DNA of 55,093 nucleotides, counting the filler, from Jimgerdemannia flammicorona (taxonomy: Eukaryota): the NCBI GenBank assembly GCA_003990765.1. It is 3 parts of 3 records of this genome, joined end to end, with 100 filler letters (N's around TTAATTAATTAA, not from the genome) between each part and the next. Parts side by side here need not be neighbours in the genome. Positions count along the whole stretch, not along the records: positions 1 to 18,299 come from RBNJ01002245.1; positions 18,400 to 36,696 come from RBNJ01002246.1; 1 more part is not named here. The stretch is one strand, 5' to 3'. Below are positions 12,321 through 24,792 of this stretch, one piece after another; position 1 is the first letter of the stretch, and each line of letters begins with the position of its first letter. The position numbers and the translations under genes are program-made. The notes below the pieces were generated by a model that ran no database searches, was not told the origin of the DNA, and saw only the letters and a program-made list of their open reading frames with translations.

Positions 12321-12745
12321 TGTAATAACTCTCACTTCTACCCCTCTCTTATTCTTTGGATAATTAGGGAAGTAGACTATTACTTAGGGACTTAGTATAC
12401 AATATGTACCAAGAAGTCTTCAGTTGAGGAAGCACTCGCTTGTAAGTAGTTGTAGTGGCAGTGCTTTCTGTTTCAAAGGTCTTTCTCTTGTGCCCTATTT
12501 CAAGGATCTTGTTCCTTACTGTGCACAGACTGAATTCGTCTTGGAATTTAGATTCAATGGGTTTACTTAAGTCTTTGGGAATTTATATACCAGTCTCAGT
12601 TCTGGCAGAAGTTAGCTAGGCTTCTGGAGTTTAGTCAGAAATACTAGAGTCACTTAGGTGTCATTACTAAGACTCAGGGGAATGTGTGTATGTGGGGAGG
12701 ACTTGATTCTTATATCAAGGACTGAACTAAAACTGCTTTATTTTC
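12321..12745 (-). repeat. LTR family C, second copy, cut by the LINE
   Basis: Direct repeat of 10484-10890; similarity stops at the LINE 5' end. Confidence 0.75.
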
Positions 12746-12862
12746 ATCTTTCTCCTGTACAATTCATGTTACACAAAAACTTTAAGCAACGGTTTCGACA
12801 CAACTAGGAGAAAAGGTACTATCAAGATATCATCAAGCAAGAGTTCTGACGGGCATACTGGG

Positions 12863-14854
12863 TTGGGGGGAGCTGGGGCTTTTGGCTGGCAGAAGGTGGA
12901 GAGGGGGTATAGCATGGGGATGGGGGCCTTTGGAGGGTCAAAGGTGGGAGAAAGCTCTGGAGGTGGACCAGTGTCTGGTGGATCTGGAGGAAGATCTGGT
13001 CCCTCCAGCTTTGCCAACAAGGTGAAGGTGGGTGGATGGCCTACTGGAACAAGGGTTGGTACTGCTGAGGGGAAGGGCAAGACTAGTGTCAGGAGGGGGA
13101 GTGGCCCTCAGAGGGGAGCAGTAAGTATAAGGACTGGTAGTGCTGTGGCTAGGGGTGTGACTGTTGATGGAAGTGTGACGGGGGATCAGGAAAAAAAAGG
13201 AGATGTGACAGCTGATGGCAGGGTGAGGCAGGGGTTCCCGATGTAGAAGGGGGACCTGGCCGATAGTGTAACGGGGCTAGTGGTGGCACCATTGCTCAAG
13301 AAGTTGATCTCGGAGTTTGCAGTAACTCTGTGCTTCCGAGGCTTAGGGGTGATGGTGAGGATGGTCTTGGGGCTTATCTTAAAGCAGGTGGCTGGGGCAG
13401 CTTCGGTGAAATTCCTGAAGGGTCTGGAGGGAGTTGAGGTGGGCTTTGAGGAGACGGGCCCACTGGAGGAGGTGCTGAGGGCAGGAGTGGCAGTTGGAGA
13501 GGTAGTGGTCCTCATGGTACGCTGTTTGAGGTAGGACCCCAGGGTGGTGCAGCTGCTGGTGAAGGGGGTGCCTACAGTGATGAAGGAGGAGATGAGGAGG
13601 AGGGTAGAGGAGGTGATGGTGGAGTATGGAGATGTGGTGGATATTGGCTTCCAGGTGTGGGAGGGGATAATGATTAGGACTGGCAATGTTGATGTCAGGA
13701 TTCGGCTGGCAGGGAGGGAGGCCACAGGGAAGGCAGGTGACTGGCCCTCAGTGTTGATGTGGGGGGCCTTTATTTATAAGGTATCGAGGGTGAAGGGGAG
13801 TGAGGAGGAGGAGGAGAATTTGTTGGAGGTATTGGAGGAGATGAGTGGTGTGGTGGAATGGTGGGCAAAGGCCTGGAAGCTCTATGAGGAGTCAATACAC
13901 TTGGAGATTGTAGAGGGGAAGCATATCTGCACTGACAAGAGGCAGTGGGAGCAGGCCCAGGGGCGCCTGAGGCAGAGAGAGCTCTTGGCGAGTATGACAG
14001 GAGGGGAGAAGAGGAAGGTTGATGGGGCTGAAGGGTCTGGAGGCATCAAAGCCAGTGTATGGGCTAGCGAGGGTGGAAAGGAGGTGGTGGTGACAGAAGA
14101 ATGGGCTGCAAAGGTGCTGGGCAGAGATCTCTATGTGGATGATACTTTCGAGGTCTGGGAGGAGGAGTCAGATAGTACTCCCCCCCCACTTGTCAGGAGG
14201 GGCCCAGTGGGGCAGAGAGGGGCAGCAGAAGATGTACCAATGCAGGGGGCCCAGTGGGTTACCTTTGGGGTCCCAGATGTGGTGAAAGGGGGCCAGGTAG
14301 TGGCTGTTGATGAGGATGAGCTAGTGGATGTCCCAGAAGAGAAGTGGAATGAGAATGCCAGTGTAGGTGCGGATACTACAATGCTGGATGCAGGGCGGCC
14401 AGGGACCCCTAGAGGGAAGGAGATTGGGAATCTGCTGTGGATGAGCAAGGTGATGGATAATCTTGCAGCTGAGATGTTGGGGGAAGTGGATCTGAGAGTC
14501 ATGCCAGAGGAGCACTGGGCACAGATTCTGCAAGGTGAAGGAGTGGTAGAGGTGCTGAAGATGGAGATTCTTACGATACTACTGGAGGAAGAGGGTTATG
14601 AGGTGGATGAGGTGAGGAAGGCAGAGTTGGTGGTTGTTGCAGGTGAGCAGGTGGCCTACTATTGGGCAGAACACCATAGTTTGCAGTTCTGGCAGGAGGC
14701 CTGTGGGGAGTATTGGGAGGACTTTGAGGAGAAAGAGAATGGGGCAATGGTTGAACTTCTGGAGAGATTGGAGGTACAGGGAGCTGAGAAGAAGGAACTG
14801 GCTGCAGAACATGTCTTGGATTTGGCACAGGAGGACTTGAGTGTAGATTTGTAG
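12863..14854 (+). pseudogene. LINE ORF1
   Basis: ORFs at 12863, 13280 and 13544 are in one frame, separated only by TAG stops. An RRM-like VQLLVKGVP...YGDVVDI segment is followed by an acidic C-terminus. Confidence 0.75.
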
Positions 14855-14885
14855 AGGAGAGGTTTAATCTTTAACAATATTCCTC

Positions 14886-17600
14886 ATGAACAATATAACT
14901 AACATTTTCTCTCTCAATGTGAATGGTCTTCGAGGATCTGGGCAGTGTAAGAACATTTTTACATGGCTAAAGGGATTGGAGGCTGATCTCTTTTTACTGC
15001 AGGATGTACAGTGTGAGGATGAGGATGATCAGGTTGAATGGACTAGGGAATGGGGTGGGGCTACCACTTGGTTTGGAAAGGTAGTGATTCTGATAAAGAA
15101 GGAAAGAGGAGATTTGGAGGGGATCACAAACTGGGGAGATCGATTGGTCTGGGGTGAATGGTACCAGCCAGGGTGGGATTCAGTAAGGGTGGGCTCATGT
15201 TACTGCCCAGCAGCTAGGGGAGAGAGGATTGTGTGGATTAAGGAGCTACTGGAGGAGGGCATTCTCTTGGAGGAAGGGGTCGATGTTCTTGGTGGCGATT
15301 TTAATATGGTTCGAGATTTGCAGTTGGATAGGACTGATGGAGAAAGGAATGCCAGTGGGAGGAGTGGCAGTCTAGATGCATGGGAGGAGGTGGAAAACCT
15401 TAGCTCCTTAGAGGATATGGGCCAAACATAGTGGGGTGACACCAGGGTCTACATGCACTGGGTGAATGGCTTAGGGACAAGAATTGACTGGATTCTGACA
15501 GCTGAATGTTGGGGTGCTGATGTCTGGAAGACTTTGGAGGTGGTGTGGTGCCTGTGGTCTGATCACTGGGGACTGATTAGGCAGGGGCAGTTTGGGGGGA
15601 GTAGAGATGGACCCAGACATTGGTGTCTTAACTCCTCCCTGCTGGCAGAGAAGGGGTTGTGGGACTCATGAGTGGAGGACATACAGGCAAAGATCCCACC
15701 CCGGAGGCAGGAGGGTTTATCTGTGGGTGTCCATTGGATGAGATTGAAGGAGGCTGTAAGGGTTTATTGGGGTGGAGCTAGTAGGGAGGCAGGGAGAAGG
15801 AGGAGGAGGCAAATACAGTGTGCCTCAAATAGGCTGAGGAGATTGCAGTTTGAATGGGCAGATTTGCTTACATCTGATAAGGTAGAGGATTGGAGGTTAG
15901 AGAGGGTGAAATTGGAGGTTATAGAGCTGCAACAGGTGTTGCGAGAGGAGGAGAAGACTCATATGTGAGGAATGGCAGCCAGACTTAGATGGCAGGGACT
16001 TGAGGAGGGGGAGCAGCCTACTAGGTACTTGTCTAGGCTCCTTAAAGCCAGGCGGGTGAGGTATAGGTGAGATAGGATCTTGGATGCTGAGGGAGAGTTG
16101 GTGCATAGTATGCAGTAGATCCTGGGAGTATTGAAGGAGAATTGGCAGGGTCTGTGGAGTGAGGAAGAAGGGGGTGCTGATGCAGAGATGATTGGTAACA
16201 CACTGGAGGAGTGGGAGCCGCCATGGGTAGAGGGGCTGGGTGACTTGATCTTACTAGTCCAGGAGGAGGAGATACAGGGTGTCCTGGCAGTGACTAAGCT
16301 TGGGACGGCACCAGGAGAGGATGGATTACTGTGGGACTTCTGGAAGAAGATGGTGAAAGTCCCAGGGATGCTGGGAGAGATGGTGGCCCTCTGTGACCAT
16401 GTTCTTCTAAATGGCATGTGGGTTAGTGAGCAGGACTTAGGACTGGTTGCCCTATTGTACAAAGATAAGAGCCAGTGTGAGGATTGGAAGAACTGGAGGC
16501 CAATCATGCTTCTGGATATGGATTGGAAGTTGGTGACTAAGGTGATTGTTGCAAGGCTACAGAAGGTTGCTCAACAGGTGCTGGGGGAGGAGCAGAGGGG
16601 CTTTGTAGGTGGTAGACTTATCAGAGATAGAACTGCCTGGGTGCATGGCATTATTGAAGGAGCCCGGACCTGTGGACTGGATGGGAGACTGGTTTTTTTA
16701 GACCAGAAGAAGGCCTACGACCATGTTCGGCGGGTTTGGTTGGGCAAGGTACTGGACAGAATTGGCATTCCACCACAGTTTCAGGCCTCTATGTTGAGTC
16801 TGTTGGAAGGGAGTAGAGCGGTACTGATGTGTAATAGTTACAGGGGTTTGGCATTCCCCTTGGGGAGAGGAGTCCCTCAAGGGGACCTGCTGTCTCCTAT
16901 CCTTTATGCACTCTCCTTGGAACCTTTGATGGACAGGATCTGTAAGAGGGTGACTGGGCTCTTTGTGTATGAGGTGGAGTAGAAGGTGGGGGCCTTTGCA
17001 GATGATATAGTAGTTGGACTTGGATTAGTAGTGGATGTCGAGGCTCTTTGGGAAACAGTGGAGTGGTATGAGGCACACTCTGGAGCAAAGCTCAACTGGC
17101 ATAAGTATGAGATGATGGTGCTGGGGAATGGGCTAGTGGGAGGAGATGTCATTGTAACAATTGTCCCCTCAGGAGAGGTGGTGTGGTATCTAGGTATTTT
17201 CCTCTCTGTATATGGATCAGTCCTACCATGGATATGGTGGGAGAGGAGAGTGGACATTTGGGGAGAGGCTCTAAAAGGTTGGGGGGGTCATCACATCTCC
17301 CTGGCGGGGAGGGTGGCAATTATGAATATATACTAGTTCTCTAAGCTGTGGTATGTGGCATATCACTTAGAATTTCCCACTTGGGTGGTGAAGAGACTGA
17401 TGAAACTGGCTAGGGATTGGATTTGGGCTGGTAGAAGGGCCCAGATCAGTTGGGATACCCTTGTCGAGCCAGTGCTTAGGGGAGGCCTGGGCCTTGTTGA
17501 TTTCCCTAAGTGTCTACACTGCCTGCGAGCTTGGTAGTTGAGAAGGGCTGTTGATCTACAGGGTGGAGGTTGGGTGCCATTGATGAAGAAGGTGTGGGAG
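14886..17600 (+). pseudogene. LINE ORF2: APE endonuclease + reverse transcriptase
   Basis: SLNVNGL, GGDFN, RIDWI, SDH; APGEDGL, NWRPIMLL, FLDQKKAYD, GVPQGDLLSP, AFADD. Six ORF pieces all lie in the same frame. Confidence 0.93.
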
Positions 17601-17661
17601 ATGAGAGTCTCCCCCTGGGGGTCCACAGGGGATCTTGTAAGAGGGTCACTTTTTGGGTGAC

Positions 17662-18299
17662 CGTTACGTAGTTCTGGAAGGGTTTTCTGGAAGTTCTGGA
17701 TATTCTGGAAGACCGTTTTCTTATGGTCAAGATCAATTTCATATGGAGTATGTCCTCTACGCTTATTGATTTCAAGATTGGGTTGACGTCTCAACCAAAG
17801 TTCTTTTCCGGACTAGTTCTGGATGTTCAGGATTTTCTGTATTTCAGGAAGTTCAAGAAACTAAGACCAGCTTAGTTGAATCGGCATATCGCTGCAGACA
17901 ATACCCAATTAGGAAATTTCATGACGGGGTTAGGAGTAGGACCTAACAGAGAGCAGATTTACTTAAGAGTGGTTTGTGGGTTATGGAATAGATTTATTTG
18001 TTATTCATGATATTGCTATACTAGGAGTATTTGTATAAAGGGGTATTGTGGAGAAGTGCTCAGGAGTTGTGTTTGGATTGTTCAAGTCTGTTCGAGTCTG
18101 AGATTCTGAGGTCTGGGGGAGGGGGTATTTATACTAGTGAGGGGCTATCTGGACTATGCTGAATATGGATGTAGCACTAAGTGCCTTGCTGAGTCGGAAT
18201 GCAGTCACGTAGTACAAGTGTGATCTGACATATCAAGAGATCGTCTGACTGCTGAGTCAGTTCACAGTCACGTCGTACAAGGCTAATCTATCTATACTT
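17662..18299 (-). repeat. LTR-like fragment truncating the LINE
   Basis: Abrupt change of composition at (c)gttacgta, ttctggaag repeats, and the TATA core gggggtatttatactagt at 18121. Confidence 0.5.
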
Positions 18300-18399
18300 N
18301 NNNNNNNNNNNNNNNNNNNNNNNNNNNNNNNNNNNNNNNNNNNTTAATTAATTAANNNNNNNNNNNNNNNNNNNNNNNNNNNNNNNNNNNNNNNNNNNN
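18300..18399. other. Artificial contig linker
   Basis: 44 N + TTAATTAATTAA (stops in all frames) + 44 N. Confidence 0.97.
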
Positions 18400-19573
18400 T
18401 TTTTTAACAGACTCAAAGTCCCATGGATTTTTATTGGAAGAGGATCTAGACTATATAGGCCAAAACCCTCCCCCACCACCCATCAAGCACTGCCCCCCCA
18501 TTAACTTAGGCTAGCTATTGTCTAGCAGCTTGACCATACCAGGCACAGCAGGGCCTATGGTGGCCCACACCTTATTCTGTACACTATGCTCTCCCTACTA
18601 CTAGGGGAAACTCAACCATATGCCAATGACTGAAAGCATACACCCAAGAATCCAATGTATGTATAAGACCATGTTCGAGCTGAATAGAATAGCCTCTGCC
18701 ATTCTAAAGAGAATGACAGGCAAAGAAAAACCCTTATCAAAGTATAATACAGTGGGTAGGGTCTAGTTCTCCTAGTCGAGGTGAGTAAAGAACTTATATG
18801 TGAGACAGGAGGAGACCCCCAATATCCCACTACTCAAGTCTGCAGGCCTCAATCACATTGTCATGTCAGCTCTCGGTTCTAGTTGAGTATAGCTAAGATG
18901 CCTGAAATGAGTAGCCTCAGGCCCCCCAACCCCCCCTGATAACCAGGGCCCAATTTGCTAAATCACTAAAAGAAGCTGAGAGTGACACCTACCACCTAAC
19001 TATGCCACATCAATCAAAAGGCCCCACTGAAGCAGCACCTGCCCCAGCCTCTGACAACCACCCCCAGCCTGGCACCCTACTAGTTTACTGTTATCACTCT
19101 TCCTCTTATCTGTAATGGCCATCTCCCCTCTCATCCTGACAATACTGAAAAGTAGTCACATATACCAGAACTGTGCTTGCCAGGAAGCTCGCCAAAGCCA
19201 GAGGGCCCCATCACGGGTATCAAGGATCTGTAGGTAACCTATACTGAGTACTTGATACCCAAGGTCAGCCAACTCTCTACATAGCCTAAGATATACTGAG
19301 ACAGTACCGTGTTGGTGACAGCAAAAGAAAGAAGGCACTACACCAAAATAGATACACTCCAGATGCAGCCAAAGGCACCAGAAACTATGAAAAAGTAGAG
19401 AAGACACTGATCTGACACCAATAAAGAGGCAACTTATCACCATTGCCTCCCTCCCACTGCTCTGCAATAAGTATAGTAAACCAACTCAAGATAGAGGGAG
19501 TAATAATTGTAGAAAGAGGACTTGGAAGGTTGCCTACCAAACCATTGTGACCAGTAAGATAGTGGAGAAAGGG
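18400..19573 (-). mobile_element. Poly(A) retroposon, copy 2
   Basis: Full-length reverse complement of 6508-7680. The poly(A) runs into the gap. Confidence 0.88.
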
Positions 19574-19699
19574 GTGGAGAAGTATCCTCATTGTTATCTT
19601 TATCTATAATTTCTCTAATTCTTGGCTCTGATAGCCTCATTAGTATATATATAGATTGCACCGATACTGGTATAGGTATCAGAGATACCTTTAAAGTTA

Positions 19700-20767
19700 A
19701 TATAGATATTACTGAGTTGAATTAGATATAAAGATAGAAATTTCCACATAAACTTTCTGTTTTTTAGTCTCTTGAACTAAATGTCACAAAAGATAATTAT
19801 ATAGATAGGAGTCCAAGTAACTATAAAAAAAATTAAAAAAAATTAAAAAATAACTATACAGCATTTCTATAGATTCTATAATCTATACACTGCTCTATCA
19901 TATCTGAGAAATATATACTTATCTATCTTAGGCTCAAACTTGTCTTTATTACTACTCTTATTTAGAATATAAGCCTTACTTTCAAATATTTATAAGTATA
20001 AGATATTAGACTTAGATCTACTCTACAATTCTTCAGAGATAAGATCACTATCATTCTTAGATTTGCTATTTCTGGATTGCTGATTATTGCCAGATCTATT
20101 AGAATTCTCACTTAGAGCTTAAGAAATACAATTATTTCAGATATATATTGCTGTATTCACTACTTTAGTCCAAAAGGAGTATAGTAAGCTAGCCATATTC
20201 ATCATTATTTAAGCCATCTCTACTACTATTCAATTAAAGTATTTTACTATACTATTCTGTTCAGATATATAAAGAGCTATTATACATAGAGTATTAGATA
20301 TCATACTTCTTTAAGAAGTCTCTGAAGACTTTGTTGATATATTCTTTACTGTTATCTAAGTATAAGGTCCATATTTTACATTCTATTTTATTTTCTATAG
20401 TTATTTTAAATTTTCAAAAATTTTCAAATACCTCATTCTTTACTATAAAAAAGTATACATAGGTTTTATAAGTATAATCATCAATAAAGATAATAAAGTA
20501 TCTCTTCTCAGAATATATTGAAGTTCATATAGAACTATAGATATCTGTATATATTATATTGAAAATACCAGCCACTTACTTTATTTGTTCCTGAAAAGAT
20601 CATCAGAAAGTCTTATTTATTATATATCTATTATAAAAGCTGAAATCTAGTGATATATAGTTCAGTAATCTAACTCTTTATCATTCATTCCAGGCTTGTC
20701 TTACTGATGTATCTCAAGTATTTATACTATATATATCAGATATTAGTTGCTATTGTAAAATATATAG
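19700..20767 (-). pseudogene. Ty1/copia GAG-pre-integrase + integrase core
   Basis: Minus translation: YKYLRYISK, IIYTDIYS, RYFIIFIDDYT, LDNSKEY, EQNSIVKYFN, SFWTKVVNTAIYI. Confidence 0.85.
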
Positions 20768-21228
20768 TGTGATGTTGGTTATGTATAATGAACTTCGACT
20801 ACATGGCTCAATGTGTGCCACTTGGTGAAGTGCGCGATGGATGTGAGTGCGTTCGCGACGGTTACGGGTCGATAGTCACGTGATCAGCTCGTTCGATTCG
20901 TACGATAATTGATAGCGGGAGTTCGTTCGATGATGGCTCAATTGTTTGAAGATGAGATTGTTCGGTTGTTCAACGATGGTGGCTCAATTGTTTAGTAGAT
21001 AAGGGCGGCGGTTATGCTGGCTAAGTTTCCTGGCAGTGATTAACTTGGCGATGGTGGGCTTGCTCTTTTATGCGGTCAATTAAGGCGGTCTGTGGCGCAG
21101 TAGCTTAGAAAAACAGGGGTTGACGGCTCACTTGTCCATCTTAACTTGTTAGGTTCCTGGTGGTTGTTTGGGTCTTTGGCAGCAGTCTTGTATCCTTTGG
21201 CTGGGTATCCTTGGGTTTCCAGGTCTTG

Positions 21229-21395
21229 AATCTCGAATGGTGGTCGAATGCGTGGTCTGAATGGCAGTCCGAATGGCGGTCTGGTCTTGAATCCTTGGCT
21301 GGGTCTCGGGTCTCGAATAGCAGTCCAAATGGCAGTCCGAATGGCGGTCTGGTCTTGAATCCTTGGCTGGGTCTCGGTTCTCGAATGGCAGTGGT
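21229..21395. repeat. Tandem repeat in U5 (68-bp period, with gaatggcagtcc subrepeats)
   Basis: ggtcttgaatccttggctgggtctcgg at 21283 and 21351. Confidence 0.85.
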
Positions 21396-21726
21396 TGGGT
21401 AACGTTTTCTTTCTGTGGCAAAAGAAAATTCTTTAACTCAAACTTCCGAGCGATCCGTTGCTCTAAGTTGTTATCTTGTTCTCAGAATTTATCCAGTCTC
21501 TTGGAGGCAGTGGTTTCTTTGTATGTAATCCTTTTTACTTTTAAACACAAGCTGACTGAGGTTTATTCACTCTAAGAATATGGGTTATTTATACAAGTTT
21601 GCTAGCTATGGGGGAGGGGGCGCGACTAAGACTAAGGTATACTACATTGTGGCGAACTTATGCTATTGGTTTGCACGATGCGAGGTGCAGGCTATTGTTT
21701 ACTACAGATTGGGTTGTAGGAGATAG

Positions 21727-21930
21727 CAACACTGGATTTGGACCTGCTGACAAAATGCTGAAAACAGTGGTACTGGGTAGCAATGCTGGATTCGGATGAG
21801 CTGACATGATATAATGATTGTTACCAGAAACAGTTGTGGAGGGTGGTAACACTGAATTCGAACCTGCTGACAAAAATGCTGAAAACAGTGGTACTGGGTA
21901 GCAACACTGGATTCGGATGAGCTGACATGA
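21727..21930. repeat. About 120-bp direct repeat in U3 (enhancer-like)
   Basis: acctgctgacaaaa(a)tgctgaaaacagtggtactgggtagcaa...ggattcggatgagctgacatga occurs twice. Confidence 0.85.
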
Positions 21931-21960
21931 GCTGGGTTCTCACAGCTGATGGGCGGTACT

Positions 21961-23061
21961 CTAGAGGAAATAGTACCCTTCGTCCGTGGTGGGCAAATCT
22001 TGCTGGGTTGTGATTTCTTCTTCATCATATCTCTCCTCAAAGGGGGGAAGTGCTGGCCAAGAGGTGAGGGGGTAGAAAAGTGGCCAGTCATCTTCAACAA
22101 CATTCTCCAACCCTTGAACAGCTTGAATGCGGACAGAGGACTGGTAGACTCTCTGTTGCTCCTCTTCTTCTTCTGAAGGCTTGTCAGTTTCAGTGTCAGA
22201 GGGGGTTTCTTCAGGGGCAGAGTCTTGGAGTTCTTGGACCTCCTCTTCAAAGACAGGAACTTCTTGGGCTTCTTCTTGATTCGGTTCCCAAATAATGAGG
22301 TGTGAATTGTGGCTGACAGGGTGGTGGGTGGTTGGGGTAGCTCCAATGGGTGTCTCTATAGTGATGGGCGGTCCTTCAAATATCTCCATAAGACTCATTA
22401 GGTGACCTTGATGGTTGTCTCGGAGTGGGGTGGTGTGGAAACCTGGCTGAGTAGATTCGGTTTGTTGGCTTCCTACAGCGATGCAGTTGCTACCAATAGT
22501 GTTGGCTACTTCAGATTCTATCCAGTCAGCATCTTCAGTTGAAAGGCAGGAGAGGCTGCCAGCTATTACTCCTTGCAAGTGTGCTATAGCCCAGGGAATA
22601 TGGCAGAAGATTTGATGGACACAGAGGGCTCTCTTGATTAGCCGGCTGGTGGTTAACATTTCGGCAATGAGGTCTTCCTGGTCACCTTCTTGAGTCTCAT
22701 TGCGAAGGCGGTGTCCAATTTCATAGTCATGCCAGAGGGTCATTCATTCGGTAGTGTCTTTGAGCTACTGGGTCATTATATACTAGTAGTTGATGAAGTG
22801 TCCAAGGTCCTCGGTGTAGAAGTTCAAGTATTCAGAAGTATCTGGGTGCCAGATGGCCTTCTTGATAGCTTCAAAGATCAGGGTCTTTGGGCCAGGCAAA
22901 GGGGTAGAGCGGTGGGAGGTCTGGTTGGATCGGCGAATGGGAGGCATTGTGTGGTAGGTACTTGGTTCTTTGGTGCCGATCCCTGAGGTGGAGTATGGTT
23001 CCTTAAATAATGTGGTCTTCATTTTGACTCGGATTATCTTGCCTTCTTTTGGGATGGTCAC
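21961..23061 (-). pseudogene. LTR U3-encoded ORF of unknown function (about 366 codons, three nonsense codons)
   Basis: ORFs 22783-23061 and 21961-22743 are in the same frame. Homologous to 47508-48080. Confidence 0.75.
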
Positions 23062-23154
23062 CTAATAGGTCAGGCTGTCTATTTGATTGTCATGCCATTA
23101 TGTCATCTGATCTTAGCAGTCACTGGTACTCCGTTTTCAATTGTGTACATCACA

Positions 23155-24340
23155 ATAGATACATAATATACTACTTAACATACTATCAATTATATATAGA
23201 TTTCCCCATTTCAATATATATATTAACTCTTTATTATTCTTTATATTAATCATCATTATACTATTCAGGTATATATTTACTCCTTTATCTTCTTAAGTCA
23301 TAATCTGATCTATTAAGAAGAGATTCTTACTTATATCTAGTATATATAGTATGTTCATAAAGATGTCTGAGAGTTCATCAATATTCCTATATAAGTGTAT
23401 ATTGATATTGCCCTTATTTTGAGCATAAATAATATTATTATCTCTTAATTTGATAGGTACAGAATGCTTGAACTTCTCATATATAGAGAACTACTTACAG
23501 TATGTTATCATATATTACATTATACTAGAATCTATAAGCCAGACTTCTTCACTATATATATAAGTACTCAGTATATAGCTTATATTAGCACTAGTACTAA
23601 AACAAGTAGAACTGATGGTTGGAGTATTTTTCATCAATGTAAATTTATTTTTTTGAATTTATTCATATATCTCCCTCTATATATGAATAGATTACTACTT
23701 TTACAAAAAAAAGACCTCCACTATCTCTATTACTGTTTTTATTATTATTGATATCTATGATATTTACTTGTCTATATTACTCATCTTGATTGTTCTTTTT
23801 CTTCTTATAGTTATAGTTTTGCTCATAGTATCTATACTTATCATAGTAGAAGTATTTACTATTAAATTTGGCTTATTGACCATCATATTACTGGTTTTGC
23901 CCTCATTCTTTATTCAGCTTGTCTTTATCTCATCTATATACTCTGTAAAATACTTTCTCATTATCTTTATTATTGTTACTACCTAGCCTCAATTTCTAAT
24001 TTAAAAAACTTATAATAATATACTTATAGTTTAATAGTTTGCCAGATTCTCTTATAGTGATAATAACTATATTATATATCTTAGAAAGACCAAGCATAAG
24101 GGTCAGAACCTTGTCTTCATTCTTGATGAGATCTGCCAGTATAGAAAGATATTGAAATATCTTAGTTATAGCAACTCAATATATAGTAGTGCAGTCTGAC
24201 TATATTATTATATAAATGTCATCAATATGTATAAAAGTATATAAGTTAGTATTAATAAATAATGCCCACTTTCCTTTCTTGATTTCTTTAGACTTATCTG
24301 GTAAGCAAACTAAAAATATAGTGGACTTCTCTTAAAAATA
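23155..24340 (-). pseudogene. Ty1/copia gag + protease
   Basis: NEDKVLTLMLGL (gag); VWLIDSSI...F..YEKF...IKLRDN...NKGNI...NILYILDISKNLF (copia protease). Confidence 0.8.
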
Positions 24341-24349
24341 GACTCATTC

Positions 24350-24792
24350 TTTATATCAGAAAGTAGACTGAAGTGGAAAGTAAGCTCACAATCTTTTAGT
24401 AGTAGCTTTAGAGCAGGTGTTTCTTCTAAGTATTACAATTAATTGACTTTTGACAGATATATCTCTTAAAGTATAATAGGCAGACTTGTCTTTTGCTTTT
24501 GAACTTTTTAGACTAAGGTTTATTTACTCTTATCTCTGGAGTATTTTATATAGTTGTGATTTCTATCTGGTTGCTATCTAGTTAATTATAGAATATACAA
24601 TATAGCTAAATATAGTGTATAACTACTACTATACCCTCAGGGTACAGTATCTTTAAGATATAGTACCTTTGAGATTCAGTTGTCTTAATCTGGATATCTG
24701 GTGCTATTTATATAATTTTGGTAGCAATTAGACAACTATAATATATGAGGGTTATATTATCTAGATGTCTGATACTTATATTATATATTACA
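24350..24792 (-). repeat. LTR fragment, family B, inserted at the end of an RT domain
   Basis: Aligns with 30730-31170 and ends ...attaca at 24792. Confidence 0.7.

Larger units (their letters stand above)
12746..17660 (+). mobile_element. L1/Tx1-like LINE, 5' complete, 3' truncated
   Basis: ORF1 plus ORF2 (APE endonuclease-RT). The 5' end atctttctc is shared with the inverted copy ending near 51813. Confidence 0.9.
20768..23154 (-). mobile_element. 2.39-kb solo LTR inserted into the copia element
   Basis: TGTGATG...CATCACA termini and a 4-bp TSD ATAG (20764-20767, 23155-23158). The copia reading continues across it. TATA near 21590 and AATAAA near 21562 on minus. Confidence 0.88.

Noticed and set aside
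18344..18355. TTAATTAATTAA palindrome within N runs (also 36741-36752)
   Set aside because: Identical 44N-12-44N format in both places, so it is an artificial linker. Adjacency across it is not biological.
6508..19573. 1.2-kb inverted repeats read as the TIRs of a giant transposon
   Set aside because: Copy 1 has its own poly(A) and TSD, a third copy exists, and the pair spans a contig linker.
23464..23986. Hydrophobic plus-strand ORFs resembling membrane proteins (also 3680-4054, 4356-4667)
   Set aside because: Antisense by-products of A-rich, hypermutated retrotransposon coding strands.
24350..24792. True 3' LTR of Gypsy B
   Set aside because: It abuts the RT core with no RNase H, integrase or PPT, and is quite divergent from the 5' LTR. 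It is better explained as a nested insertion.
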